Assembly: GCA_964202905.1 (NCBI GenBank)
Contig: CAXNJO010000011.1
Span: forward strand, 32,001-96,000
Origin: Polyangiales bacterium
GTDB taxonomy: Bacteria > Myxococcota_A > Polyangia > Polyangiales > JADJQN01
Direction: 5' to 3'
DNA length: 64,000 nucleotides
The position numbers and the translations under genes were made by a program. Positions within the stretch are counted from its first letter, which is position 1; every line of letters begins with the position of its first letter. Positions 21,498 to 34,314 of the stretch are shown here, one piece after another. The notes beneath the pieces are model-generated. The model did no database searches and was not told the DNA's origin. It saw only the letters and a list, made by a program, of their open reading frames with translations.

Positions 21498-22544
21498 TCA
21501 GCCGAGGGCCGCGCGCGCCGTCTCGACGCTGACGGCGCCGCTCTTCACGAGGTCCTTCAGGGCCATCTCGAAGGTCTGCATCCCGTAGGGGTGCGTCCCG
21601 CGCTCCATCACGTCCTTGAGCGGGACGTTGCCCTCGGGGCGCCGCAGCGACTCGCGCGCGGTCCCCGTCACGACGAGCACCTCGGCGGCGAGCACGAGCC
21701 CGTTTCCGTCGAGGCGCGGCAGCAGGCGCTGCGCGACGATTCCGCGCAGGTTGTCGGCGAAGCGCTCGCGCGTCTCGGACGTCGGTCGGCTGCCGTCGCC
21801 GGCGAGGGAAATGACGCGACCGATGGTCCGCGGCACGTCGGGCGTGTGCAGCGTCGAGAGCACGAGGTGGCCCGTCTCGGCGGACTTGAGGGCGATGTCC
21901 ATCGTCTCCTCGTCGCGGATCTCGCCGAGGAGGATGACGTCCGGGTCCTGCCGGAGCGCGGCGCGCAGCCCCGTCGCGAACGCCTCGGTGTCGATGCCGA
22001 TCTCGCGCTGCGAGATCGCGGCCAGCGAGTCCGTGTGGAGGAACTCGATCGGGTCCTCGATCGTGACGATGTGGATGCGCTGCGTCTGGTTGAGGTGCCC
22101 GACCATCGCCGCGAGCGTCGACGACTTGCCGTTGCCGGCGGCGCCGACGACGAGCACGAGCCCGCGCTCCATTTCGGCGAGGGCGCGCGCGACCGGGGGC
22201 GCGCCGAGCTCTTCGAAGGTGGGGATGCGCAGCGGGATCGAGCGCATCGCGACCGCGAGCGTGCCGCGCTGCCGGTACACGTTGACCCGGTACCGCCCGA
22301 TGTTGGGGACGCCGTACGCGGTGTCGTACTGCTGCATGTCGTCGAGCGTCCCGCGGAAGCGGGAGGCCGTGAGGACGTGCTCGGCGATGCGCAGCGTGTG
22401 ATCCGGCCGGAGTTTGTCGCCTTGCAGGTAGTGCAGCTCGCCGCCGATGCGGAAGGCCGGGGGCTGGCCGACCTTGAAGAGCACGTCGCTCGCGCGGTGC
22501 TGCTCGCCCTTCTGCAGCAGCGCGTGGAAGGTCGCTTCGTCCAT
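21498..22544 (-). CDS. PilT/PilU-family type IV pilus retraction ATPase paralog
   Basis: Walker A GAAGNGKSST, TIEDPIE, LRQDPDVILLGEIRD, ETGHLVLSTLH and GMQTFE. Lacks the AIRNLIRE motif. Confidence 0.92.
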   Translation of the reverse strand: MDEATFHALLQKGEQHRASDVLFKVGQPPAFRIGGELHYLQGDKLRPDHTLRIAEHVLTASRFRGTLDDMQQYDTAYGVPNIGRYRVNVYRQRGTLAVAMRSIPLRIPTFEELGAPPVARALAEMERGLVLVVGAAGNGKSSTLAAMVGHLNQTQRIHIVTIEDPIEFLHTDSLAAISQREIGIDTEAFATGLRAALRQDPDVILLGEIRDEETMDIALKSAETGHLVLSTLHTPDVPRTIGRVISLAGDGSRPTSETRERFADNLRGIVAQRLLPRLDGNGLVLAAEVLVVTGTARESLRRPEGNVPLKDVMERGTHPYGMQTFEMALKDLVKSGAVSVETARAALG

Positions 22545-22634
22545 CGGCGGGCGAGGATAACAGCGCGGGCGCCGGGAGCGCGCGACTTCGCGACTCCGGG
22601 CGCCCGCTCGGGACGGGAGAGGCTGCGCGCGCGG

Positions 22635-23420
22635 CTACTCGGCGGCGCTGCGCGCCTCGTCGGGGCGCCGCACGACGATCGTCGCCATGCGCTCGCGCGC
22701 CTCGAAGTCGCGGCGGTAGGCTTCGGCTTCGTGCAGCGTGTCGAACGGACCGACGCGCACGCGGAAGTGGCGGCCGCGGCCGGGGATGTCGGCGCTCGTC
22801 GTGAACGCGTGGTGGCCACGCACCCGGAGCGCGGCGGCGAACGCGTCCGCCTCGTCGCGCTGGTCGTAGGAAATGACCTGCACCGTGTAGGCGCCGTCGC
22901 TCCCGGCGTGCGCGGGCGTGCGGGCGTCGGCGGGCTCGGCGGCAGGGACGCGGGCGACGAGCGCGTCGGCGGCGGGGCGCGTGAAGACGCGGGCCGCGCT
23001 GCCCGCCGCGACCGCCGCGGGGAGCGAGGTCGGCACGACGGACGCTGCACCGTCGGCGCGCGCTGGGAAGTCGCGGAGCGCGGCGGCCTCGGCCCCAGCG
23101 GCAGCGAGCGCGGCGTCGACCTCGGGGCGCGCGTCCTCCGCCTCCGTGAGCGCCGCGGGGAAGGTCAGCGACTCCCGCTCGAGCGGGGGCGGGACCGGGA
23201 CCGGCGTCGGCGCCGGGGCGAGGCCCTCGAGCGCATCGAGGCGCGCGAGCGGGTCCTGCGACGGGCCTTCCGCCGCGCCTGCCCGGTCGGTGACGAACGC
23301 GCCCACCGCGAACACCAGACCGGCCGCGGCCACCGTGCCGAGGGCGTAGAGCCCCAGGCGGCGCCCCGCCCCCTCATCACGCTCCCGGATCTGCTCGAGG
23401 TCTCGCATCGCCATGTCCAT
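22635..23420 (-). CDS. SPOR domain-containing membrane-anchored protein
   Basis: GGAGG RBS, single TM, Pro/Ala linker, C-terminal YTVQVISY...FRVRVGPF SPOR motif. Confidence 0.88.
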   Translation of the reverse strand: MDMAMRDLEQIRERDEGAGRRLGLYALGTVAAAGLVFAVGAFVTDRAGAAEGPSQDPLARLDALEGLAPAPTPVPVPPPLERESLTFPAALTEAEDARPEVDAALAAAGAEAAALRDFPARADGAASVVPTSLPAAVAAGSAARVFTRPAADALVARVPAAEPADARTPAHAGSDGAYTVQVISYDQRDEADAFAAALRVRGHHAFTTSADIPGRGRHFRVRVGPFDTLHEAEAYRRDFEARERMATIVVRRPDEARSAAE

Positions 23421-23506
23421 CACGCCTCCCGTGTGCTGCCCTGAGGGTGTGTGTAAGACAACGACGCCAATGTCGTCAAAAAAGCGTCCGCCGTGCGCGC
23501 GTGGAC

Positions 23507-23911
23507 TCAGCGATCGCGGACCACGCAGTCGATGCAGAGCTCCGTGTACGGGCCGCGGTCGTTGCCGCGCTGCTGCCACACGAGCAGCGAGTCCCCCGAT
23601 TGCGCGGGGATCTCGAGGCGGAAGCGCCCCGCTGCGTCGGCCCGCACGATGACGCCGGACGCGAGGCGGACGTTGAGGCACGACACGAACGCGTCCGGCA
23701 GCACCTCGCCCGTCACCGTGACGAGCCCGGTCGCCGCGTCGGGGCTCGTCGCGGCGAGCGCAGCGGGCGGCGGCAGCGGCAGCGTCGGCGCCGTGCACGC
23801 GGCCCCGAGGGCAGCCGTCCCGAGCAGCGCGATCGCGAGCGCCGCGGCCCGCAGGCCCCGCTGCAGCCCCGCCCCGATCTCCCCCGTCCATCCCGCGCGC
23901 CGTGCCGTCAT
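23507..23911 (-). CDS. Small hypothetical lipoprotein (Ig-like, beta-rich)
   Basis: GGAGA RBS, lipobox-like GAAC, PTLPLPPP, VRADAAGRF. Confidence 0.6.
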   Translation of the reverse strand: MTARRAGWTGEIGAGLQRGLRAAALAIALLGTAALGAACTAPTLPLPPPAALAATSPDAATGLVTVTGEVLPDAFVSCLNVRLASGVIVRADAAGRFRLEIPAQSGDSLLVWQQRGNDRGPYTELCIDCVVRDR

Positions 23912-24019
23912 GGTGTCTCCCCGGGCGTCGCACGCCCGCTCCGCGCCCAAGCAAAGCCGGGGCCGACCTCCGCGTCCACGGGACGACGGTGTTTTCCCCG
24001 TGCGGGAGCGGCGCACGAT

Positions 24020-24054
24020 GCAACGAAGTTGGCGTGAGTCCGCAACGATGTTGC
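24020..24054. promoter_or_regulatory. Tandem imperfect palindromes GCAAC-N3-GTTG, candidate operator
   Basis: GCAACGAAGTTGG at 24020 and GCAACGATGTTGC at 24042, 22 bp apart, in the divergent gyrA/lipoprotein intergenic region. Confidence 0.4.
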
Positions 24055-24151
24055 ATGTCGGCGGGGCGCCTCGGGCCGCATCCGGCCTCTTTGTTACGCG
24101 CGCGTGCGTGCGTGCGACGCCGTGGAGCCCGTGATAGCGTCGCCGCCGCCC

Positions 24152-26845
<2,694 letters not shown>

Positions 26846-26903
26846 CCGACGGTCACGGGACGCCGGGAGCCGGCGAGCCGCCGACCGTGACGGGTCGCCG
26901 ACG

Positions 26904-27512
26904 ATGACGGGGCGCGCGGCGCCGACGCGGGCTGCGGGGCGCTGCGGTCCCTTCCTCGACGCGCTGCGGCGGGAGTTCCCCGGGCTCCGCGTGATCGCCA
27001 AGCAGCGTGACCCGCTCTCGCGCGCGATCGACGTCGCGCTGCGGATCGTGACGCTCGGCGGCCAGTCGGCCTACTTGACGCAGTACGTGACGACGCTCGG
27101 CGTCTCCCTCTACGTGCCGTCCGACTGGGACTCGCGCGACGACCTCCCGCGTTATTGCGTGCTGCGCCACGAGGCCGTGCACCTGCGGCAGTTCCGGCGG
27201 TACGGGTACCTCGGGATGGCGTGGCGTTATCTCGTGCCGATCCTGCCGCTCGGCCTCGCGTGGGGGCGTGCGCGGCTCGAGTGGGAGGCCTATTCCGAGA
27301 CGCTGCGCGCGACGGCCGAGGTGTACGGCCTCGCGGCGGCCGAGCAGCCCGCGCTCCGCGCGCGCATCCTCGCGCAGTTCACGGGCCCTGCCTATGGGTG
27401 GATGTGGCCGTTCCCGACGGTGGTCTCGCGCTGGTACGACGCGACGCTCGTCGCGCTGCGCACGGGGGAGGGCGCCGATTCTCCTGTGGAGGCGCCCGCC
27501 GAGACCGTGTAG
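26904..27512 (+). CDS. Hypothetical protein with an HExxH zincin-like motif
   Basis: LRHEAVHLRQ followed by LEWEAY (possible third ligand). Start uncertain. Confidence 0.65.
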   Translation: MTGRAAPTRAAGRCGPFLDALRREFPGLRVIAKQRDPLSRAIDVALRIVTLGGQSAYLTQYVTTLGVSLYVPSDWDSRDDLPRYCVLRHEAVHLRQFRRYGYLGMAWRYLVPILPLGLAWGRARLEWEAYSETLRATAEVYGLAAAEQPALRARILAQFTGPAYGWMWPFPTVVSRWYDATLVALRTGEGADSPVEAPAETV

Positions 27513-27527
27513 AAAAGAGTTAGCGAG

Positions 27528-30217
27528 ATGACAGAACCCGTCCTCGGCATCGATCTCGGCACCACCAACTCCGTCGTCGCGATCGCCGAACCGGGGGGCG
27601 TCCGGGTCCTGCGGGACGAGGACGGAAACACGCTCGTCCCCTCGGTCGTCGCCTTCGGCCCGGAGGGCGACGTGCACGTCGGCTACCCCGCGCGTGAGCG
27701 GCGGCTGCTCGACGCGAAGAACACGATCTACTCCGTGAAACGCCTGATCGGGCGCCCCTTCGCGAGCCCGGAGGTCGCACGCGCGCGGGAGCGTTTCCCG
27801 TTCACGCTCGCGCCCGGGCAGCTCACGGGGATGACCGTCGTCGAGGCGCGCGGCGAGTCGTATCCGCTCCCCGAGATCAGCTCGTTCGTGTTGCGCAAGG
27901 TGCGCGACGTCGCCGAGGCGGCGCTCGGGCGCGAGTGCACGCGCGCGGTCGTCACCGTCCCGGCGAACTTCAACGAGTTGCAGCGCAGCGCAACGAAGGC
28001 GGCCGCGCGCATCGCCGGACTCGAGGTGCTGCGCATCCTCAACGAGCCGACGGCGGCCGCGCTCGCGTACGGCTATGGGCGCGGCGCGCAGCAGCGCATC
28101 GCGGTGTACGACTTCGGCGGCGGCACCTTCGACCTCACGATCCTCGAGCTCTCGGGCGACGTCTTCGAGGTCATCGCGACGGCGGGCGACACCTTCCTCG
28201 GGGGCGACGACATCGACGTGCTCGTCGCGGACGTGATGGCCTCGGAGGCGCTCGACCGGCACCGCTTCGACGCGCGCCGTGACGCGCAGGCTTACGAGCG
28301 GCTGCGCGCGGCGGCCGAGTGGGCGAAGTGCCAGCTCTCGTCGGCGGCGGAGGTGCAGCTGAAGCTCGAGGAGCTCGCGTACGACTCGGGCGGGCGATCG
28401 ATCGACCTCGACTTCGGCTTCGATCGCGCCGCCCTCGAGCGGCTCATGCGGCCGCTCATCGCGCGCTCGTTCGAGGTCTGTGAGGACGCGATGCGCGTCG
28501 CGGGCGTGCGGCCGACGCAGCTCGGCAACGTGATCCTCGTCGGCGGCACGACCCGCATCCCGCTCGTGCGCTCGATGGTGCGCGAATACTTCGCGCGCGA
28601 GCCCCTCGCGCACATCGATCCGGATCTCGTCGTCGCGCAGGGCGCGGCGATCCAGGGGCTCTCGCTCGCGGGGCAGGCGCCGACCAGTCGTCGCAGCACG
28701 CAGCTCGCGCGTGTGTCGCTGAAGAAGGTGCAGGCGGGGGATGTGCGGGAGGTCGATCTGCGCCGTCCGCGCGGGCCCGCCTTCGCGAACGAGGCCGCGC
28801 CCGCGAGCGGGCGGCTCGGATCGATGCGACCGCCGGCGCCGCCGCGGACGCTCCCGCCGCCCACGCTCCGCCCCGCGTCGATCCCGGCCGCGTCGCGTCC
28901 GCCCGCGCCGCAGGCCCCGACGGTCGCTCCGTCGTCGGACGCCGGAAACACGAGTCTTTTCGAGGAGTTCGCCGAAGACGCGCACCAAGCGCGCACGCGT
29001 CCCGGCGTGTCGAAGCTGGGCCTCGAGGCTCCTGGCGCCGAAGCGCCGATGGACGTCGAGCTCGATCTCACGCCGCGTCCGCAGTCCGTGCCGCCTGAGG
29101 CGTCGCCCCCCGCGCCCGCGCTGCCGTTGACGCACCGCCCCGAGCCGATGTCGGTGCCGCCCCTCGCGTTCCCGTCGTCGCGACCGGGCGTGGCTGCGTC
29201 CGCGACGCCCACCACGGTGCGTCCGGAGCCCGAGCTGCCGCGCAGCGTGGGCGCGGTCATCATCGCGGCGAGCGTCGCCGTCGAGGCCCCGCGCGAGGGG
29301 GTGCGGCCCGAGGCGACGCGCCGGCCGATCGCTCCCCGCCACTGCCCGCGCCGCCACTGCCCGCGCCGCCACTGCCCGCGCCGCCACTGCGCCGCGCCGC
29401 CACTGCCGCCGCACGCGGCGCCGCCGCTGCCTGCGCCGCGGCCGCCGCTTCCCGCGCCGCCGCTGCCGACGCGGCCGCCGCTGCCGGCTGCGCCGCCGGC
29501 TGCCCGCGCCGTCCGCTGCCGGCTGCGCCGCAGTCCGGCGCGTTCGATCTCAGCGAGGATCCGCTCGCTTGGCTCGAGCTGCCCGAACCTGGGGCGGCGG
29601 AGCCGTCGGCGCCCCGCGCAACGCTGCCCGGTGCTGGGGTGCCGCCCGTGCTCGCGCCGGCGCTGCCCGCGTGGCAACCGCTCCCGCCGCTGCCGCTTCC
29701 GCCGCGCTTGGAGCCCTTCTCACTGCCGCTGACCGAGGCTGCGCCGCCACTGCCGCTGCAGGCCCCGGGGCCGGATCTCCTTCCGCTCCCGGCGGGGCCA
29801 GCGCCGCTGCTCCTCGACGTCACGCCGCTCTCGCTCGGCATCGAGACGGTAGGCGGTTACTGCGAGCACGTCATCGCGCGGAACGCCGCCATCCCGGTCG
29901 AGCAGACGCGCGTGTTCTCGACCGGGCAGGACGGGCAGACCGAGGTGAGCGTCCGCATCTGCCAGGGCGAGTCGCGCAAGCTCGCAGACAACCAGGAACT
30001 CGGCGAGATCGCGCTGAGCGGCCTGCGCGCGGCGACCCGCGGGCTCGTCCAGATCGAGGTGACGTTCGTGCTCGACGCGGACGGGACGCTCGGGGTGCGG
30101 GCGCGGGACGTCGAGACCGGGCAGGAGCAGGCCGTGCGCATCAGGCTCGTCGGCGGCCTCGATGAGGCGGCCATCGCCGCGGCGACCGCGCGGCAGGTGA
30201 AGAAGCTGGGGCGCTGA
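27528..30217 (+). CDS. Atypical Hsp70/DnaK-family chaperone with a long Pro-rich insertion and no lid; apparent frameshift(s) at about 29335-29520
   Basis: NBD motifs GIDLGTTNS, TVPANF, NEPTAAA, DFGGGTFD and LVGGTTRIP. The SBD (LLLDVTPLSLGIET...QIEVTFVLDADG) lies in ORF 29639-30217. Confidence 0.88.
29336..29410 (+). repeat. 15-bp tandem repeat (CCGCCACTGCCCGCG)n encoding PPLPA
   Basis: About 4-5 copies, read directly within the Hsp70 insertion. Confidence 0.8.
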
Positions 30218-30218
30218 G

Positions 30219-30713
30219 ATGGGTGACGGCGATCGGCTCGATCTCCTCGACTACTACACCCTGCTGCGGGTCGCGGACGACGCCGGACCGGACGTCATCC
30301 GCAGGGCGTTTCATGGGTTCGCCCTCAAGTTTCACCCGGATCGCCACGCGGACGCCGCGGACGACAAGCGCGAGCGTGCCGCGCGGATCTACCGTCGCGG
30401 CGCCGAGGCCTACCGCGTGTTGCAGGACCCGGTGACGCGCCGGGCCTACGACGCGCAGCTCGCCGCGGGGAAGCTGCGCTTCGACGCCGAACAGGCGAGA
30501 AAATCGAAGCGCGCGCCCGCCCCAAACGGCGCGCCCGCCGTGCAGAGCCCGCAGGCCCGCCCGTTCGTGATGAAGGCCGAGCAGGCGCTCCGCACCGGCG
30601 ACCTCAAGACCGCGCGGCTCAACCTGCAGATCGCGCTGCGGCACGATCCCGGAAGCGCCGCGCTCGAGGCCAAACTCGCGGGCGTCGAGGCGCAACTCAA
30701 GGCCGCGAAGTAG
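30219..30713 (+). CDS. J-domain (DnaJ-type) co-chaperone with a C-terminal TPR-like helix pair
   Basis: DYYTLL, KFHPDR (HPD motif), EAYRVLQDP and RRAYD. Starts 1 nt after the Hsp70 stop. Confidence 0.9.
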   Translation: MGDGDRLDLLDYYTLLRVADDAGPDVIRRAFHGFALKFHPDRHADAADDKRERAARIYRRGAEAYRVLQDPVTRRAYDAQLAAGKLRFDAEQARKSKRAPAPNGAPAVQSPQARPFVMKAEQALRTGDLKTARLNLQIALRHDPGSAALEAKLAGVEAQLKAAK

Positions 30714-30737
30714 CAGCGCGCGTGCTAGAGCGGCTCC

Positions 30738-30995
30738 GTGGTCGCCGGGACGCTCTACTTCCTGCTCTTCGTCGGGTGCTTCGCCTCGCTGGTCGTGACC
30801 GGGCTGATCGCGTGGGTGCTCTACGCGGTGGGTCGGCGGCGCGAGGCGCGTGCGGCGGCGTCGCGGGCGGCGCGGCGGCGCGAGGCCGCGGATGAGCGCG
30901 GCGGGTCCGCGGAGGCGGGTGTGGAGGCGGCGACGCGCGACATCGCCGCGGACGAGCCCGGCGCGGCCGCGCCGGCACACGGAGACGACCGATGA
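30738..30995 (+). CDS. Small single-pass membrane protein
   Basis: Strongly hydrophobic N-terminus then a charged tail. ATGA overlap with the next gene. Confidence 0.55.
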   Translation: MVAGTLYFLLFVGCFASLVVTGLIAWVLYAVGRRREARAAASRAARRREAADERGGSAEAGVEAATRDIAADEPGAAAPAHGDDR

Positions 30996-31980
30996 CCCAG
31001 CGCCCGCGCCTCGGCGACATGCTCGTGCAGTCGCACATGCTCACGCCCGACAAGCTCGACCAGGCGCTCGCCCTGCAGGGGGCGCGCCCGGGGAGGCTCG
31101 GTGAGATCCTCGTCGAGGAGGGGTTCGTCACCGAGAACCAGCTCACGCAGACGCTGTCGAACCAGCTCAGCGTCCCGTGGGTCTCGCTGCACCATGTGGA
31201 CTTCACGCGCGCGTTGCTGAACCACGTGCCGCGCGAGCTCGCGGAGCGCTGGTGCGTCGTGCCGGTCTACGTGCGCGCGGTGCGGCGCGACGGGGACACG
31301 CTCTTCGTCGCGATGGACGACCCGACGAACGAGGAGGCCATCGCCGCCGTGTCCGCCGCCGCGGGCCTGCCCGTCCGGCCGATGGTCGCGGCGCCGAGCG
31401 ACATCCGGCAGGCGATCCGCGCGTACTACGGGGGTCAGCCCGCCCCCGCGCCGCGCGCGCAGCCTGCCCTCCTCGGGCCCGCGCCGGCAGTGCCCGCGCC
31501 GGCAGTGCCCGCGCCGGCAGTGCCCGCGCCGAGCGGCCGGTCGTCGCCGCGCCCGTCGCGCCTGCGCCTGCGCCTGCGGTGCCCGCGCCCCCGACAACCG
31601 CGCCGCCGCTCGAGCCTGCCTTGCCGCTTGAGCCCGCCGCGCCGCGCGAGACGCCGTCGGCGGGGCTGCGCCGCACTGCGTCGCGTCCGCGCATGATCGC
31701 CATCACCCTGCTCGATGGCACCTCGATCGCGCTCCCGTCCCCCGGCGAGAAGCGCATCGCCGAGGCGGAGCAGGGCGCGCCCGCCGGCGTCGCGGACACG
31801 CTCACCGCGGCGGATCTCGTCGCGGCCCTGCGTGCCCGCGCGGCCGGTGCCGACGTGAGCGCAGTGCTCGGCGACGCGACCTGGGAGTCGATGTTCGCCG
31901 CGCTCCTGAGCGTGCTCCTGAAGAAGCACCTCATCGCCGACTGGGAGTTCGTCGAGGAGTGGAAGAAGCACCGCCCCTGA
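30992..31980 (+). CDS. Stand-alone MshEN (GspE/PilB N-terminal) domain protein, probable c-di-GMP receptor; apparent frameshift near 31530
   Basis: Tandem RLGxxL motifs (RLGDMLVQSH...LALQ and RLGEILVEEGFV...LSNQ) and VAMDDP, with no ATPase domain. The C-terminal LLKKHLI helix lies in a second frame. Confidence 0.82.
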
Positions 31981-32022
31981 GGGGCGGCGCTGGCCTCCGG
32001 TGCGCCTCCGCGGCGCAGGCCG

Positions 32023-33630
32023 CTAGGACTTCGCGTCGGCGGCGCGCATCGGTGCCGTCGCCTCGAACGTCCACGCGGTGTTGTCGCGCGTGACGCGGCG
32101 CAGCTCGTATTCGTCTCGGAGCAGCGCGACGGAGCGTCCGTCGACGTCGAACGCACCGATGGAGACGCGCGCCTCCTCGAGGTCGTTCGTCGTCGGCGCG
32201 GGGCCGCCGTCGGTGCGTGACACCCAGCGCGCGAGCGAGACGCCGAGCGGCTCGAGCTCGATCTTCGCGCCGTACTCGTGCTCGAGGCGGTACTGCAGCA
32301 CCTCGAACTGGAGCTTGCCGACGACGCCGATGATCGGGTCCTTCTCGCGGCCCTTCTGCGTGAACACCTGCACGGTGCCCTCCTCGGAGAGCTCCTCGAC
32401 GCCCTTCACGAACTGCTTGCGCTTCATCGGATCGCGCAGTCGCAGGCGGGCGAAGTGCTCGGGCGAGAAGCGTGGGACCGAGTCGAACGAGAGCGGGCCC
32501 CCCGTCGCGAGCGTATCGCCGATGCGGAAGATCCCCGGATCGAAGAGGCCGACGACGTCGCCCGCCCAGGCCTCCATGATCGCCTCGCGATCCTGCGCGA
32601 AGAACTGCTCCGCGCGCGCGAGGCGGACCTCCTTGCCGAGGCGGTGGTGCCAGACGCGCATCCCGCCCTCGAACTTGCCCGAGCAGATGCGGAGGAAGGC
32701 GATGCGGTCCCGGTGCGCCGGGTCCATGTTCGCCTGCACCTTGAAGATGAACGCCGTGAAGCGCGGGTCGTCGGGCTGGACCGTGCCGATGCTCGTCTCG
32801 CGCGGGCCGGGCGGCGGGCAGATGTCCGCGAACGCTTCGAGAAACGGCTCGACGCCGAAGTTCGTGAGCGCGCTGCCGAAGAAGACGGGCGTCTGCTCGC
32901 CCCGCAGAAAACGCTCACGGTCGTAGCCCTCGCCGGCCCCCTCGAGCAGCTCGACGCCCTCGCGCATCTCCTGCGCGAGCTCGGCGCCGACGGTGCGGTC
33001 GATCTCCGGATCGTCGAAGCCCTTCACGGCCTTCACGGGCGCGCGGCCGCCCTTGCTGCCCGGATCGAAGAGCATGACCTCGCGCTTCTCGCGGTCGTAG
33101 ACGCCGCGGAAGCGATCACCCGAGCCGATCGGCCAGGTGCGCGGAACCGTATGCAATTTCAGGACGTCTTCGAGCTCGGCCATCAGCTCGAACGGGTCGC
33201 GCGAGGGCCGATCGAGCTTGTTCACGAACGTCACGATGGGCGTGCCGCGCTGGCGGCAGACGTCGAAGAGCTTGCGCGTCTGGGCCTCGATGCCCTTCGC
33301 GGCGTCGATGAGCATAATCGCGCAGTCGGCCGCGATGAGCGTGCGGTACGTGTCCTCGCTGAAGTCCTGGTGGCCCGGCGTGTCGAGCAGGTTGTACTCG
33401 ATGCCGCCGTAGCTGAAGTGCAGGACGCTCGAGGTGATCGAGATGCCGCGCTTCTTCTCGAGCTCCATCCAGTCGCTGGTGGCGGATTTCTGCGCGCGGC
33501 GCGCCTTCACGGCGCCGGCCGTGTGGATGGCGCCTCCGTAGAGCAGCAGCTTCTCGGTGAGCGTCGTCTTGCCCGCATCGGGGTGCGAGATGATGGCGAA
33601 CGTGCGTCGCCGCTGGGCTTCGGTGGGCAT
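32023..33630 (-). CDS. prfC: Peptide chain release factor 3
   Basis: RRRTFAIISHPDAGKTTLTEK, SDWMELEKKRGIS, DTPGHQDFSEDTYR, NKLD and KVQANMDPAHRDR. Confidence 0.97.
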   Translation of the reverse strand: MPTEAQRRRTFAIISHPDAGKTTLTEKLLLYGGAIHTAGAVKARRAQKSATSDWMELEKKRGISITSSVLHFSYGGIEYNLLDTPGHQDFSEDTYRTLIAADCAIMLIDAAKGIEAQTRKLFDVCRQRGTPIVTFVNKLDRPSRDPFELMAELEDVLKLHTVPRTWPIGSGDRFRGVYDREKREVMLFDPGSKGGRAPVKAVKGFDDPEIDRTVGAELAQEMREGVELLEGAGEGYDRERFLRGEQTPVFFGSALTNFGVEPFLEAFADICPPPGPRETSIGTVQPDDPRFTAFIFKVQANMDPAHRDRIAFLRICSGKFEGGMRVWHHRLGKEVRLARAEQFFAQDREAIMEAWAGDVVGLFDPGIFRIGDTLATGGPLSFDSVPRFSPEHFARLRLRDPMKRKQFVKGVEELSEEGTVQVFTQKGREKDPIIGVVGKLQFEVLQYRLEHEYGAKIELEPLGVSLARWVSRTDGGPAPTTNDLEEARVSIGAFDVDGRSVALLRDEYELRRVTRDNTAWTFEATAPMRAADAKS

Positions 33631-33732
33631 GGGAGGCTCGTGGGTGCGCGCGGCGCCGGGGGACGCGGGGGGGCGCGGGTCGCGAGAGATAGGGGACGCC
33701 GCGCGCTGCGGCAACACGATCGCGCGGCGCGC

Positions 33733-34230
33733 TCAGGGGATCTGCAACGCGACGCGCGCGTAGCGGGCGCCGGCAGCCCCGGGCTCGCCGCTGGGGAGGC
33801 GCGATCGCCCCGCCTCGACGCGCAGCGCGAACCGCCCCGCGGGGAGGCCGCGCACCGCGTAGTCGAGCTGGTGCGTGCAGAGACAACGCGCGACCGAGGG
33901 GCCCGTCGGGGCGAGCGCGTGGAGCGTGATCGGCGTCGAACCCGACGCGTCGGGCCGGGGTGCGACCTCGAGGCGGAACTCGGGCGGGGGCGCGCAGGGA
34001 GCGACGTAGTGGCGCACGCGCACGCGCACCACGCCGCGGCGCACCGTCGCGGACAACGTCAAGAGTGGCGGCTGGCTGCCGGGCGTGAGCTCGCCGCATG
34101 ACCCGGCGACGCGCTCGAGGCTCGGCGCGCTCGGGACAGGCTGCGCCGACGAGGGGCCGGGGCGCAGCGCCGCGACGGTCAGCGTCGCGAACGGCAGCGC
34201 GAGCGCGAGGGCGAGGGCGCGCGGGGACAT
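33733..34230 (-). CDS. Hypothetical exported protein with four Cys
   Basis: Signal peptide, beta-rich body, ARCLC motif. Confidence 0.6.
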   Translation of the reverse strand: MSPRALALALALPFATLTVAALRPGPSSAQPVPSAPSLERVAGSCGELTPGSQPPLLTLSATVRRGVVRVRVRHYVAPCAPPPEFRLEVAPRPDASGSTPITLHALAPTGPSVARCLCTHQLDYAVRGLPAGRFALRVEAGRSRLPSGEPGAAGARYARVALQIP

Positions 34231-34314
34231 CGCCGCGATCATGGACGCGCGCGGCGCGGGGTGCACGGCCGCGAAGGCGGTGCGGCGATCGCTGCGTGCT
34301 ATCGTCGCGCGGCC

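Noticed and set aside
29336..29400. Apparent Cys/His repeat (RRHCP)n in the Hsp70 ORF, suggesting a metal-binding motif
   Set aside because: It is an off-frame reading of a PPLPA repeat caused by local indels; the flanking sequence is poly-Pro/Ala.
26904..30713. Hsp70/HExxH genes as an anti-phage defence or contractile-injection locus
   Set aside because: No nuclease, NTPase, structural or mobile-element genes accompany them, and the context is core chromosome (gyrA, prfC).
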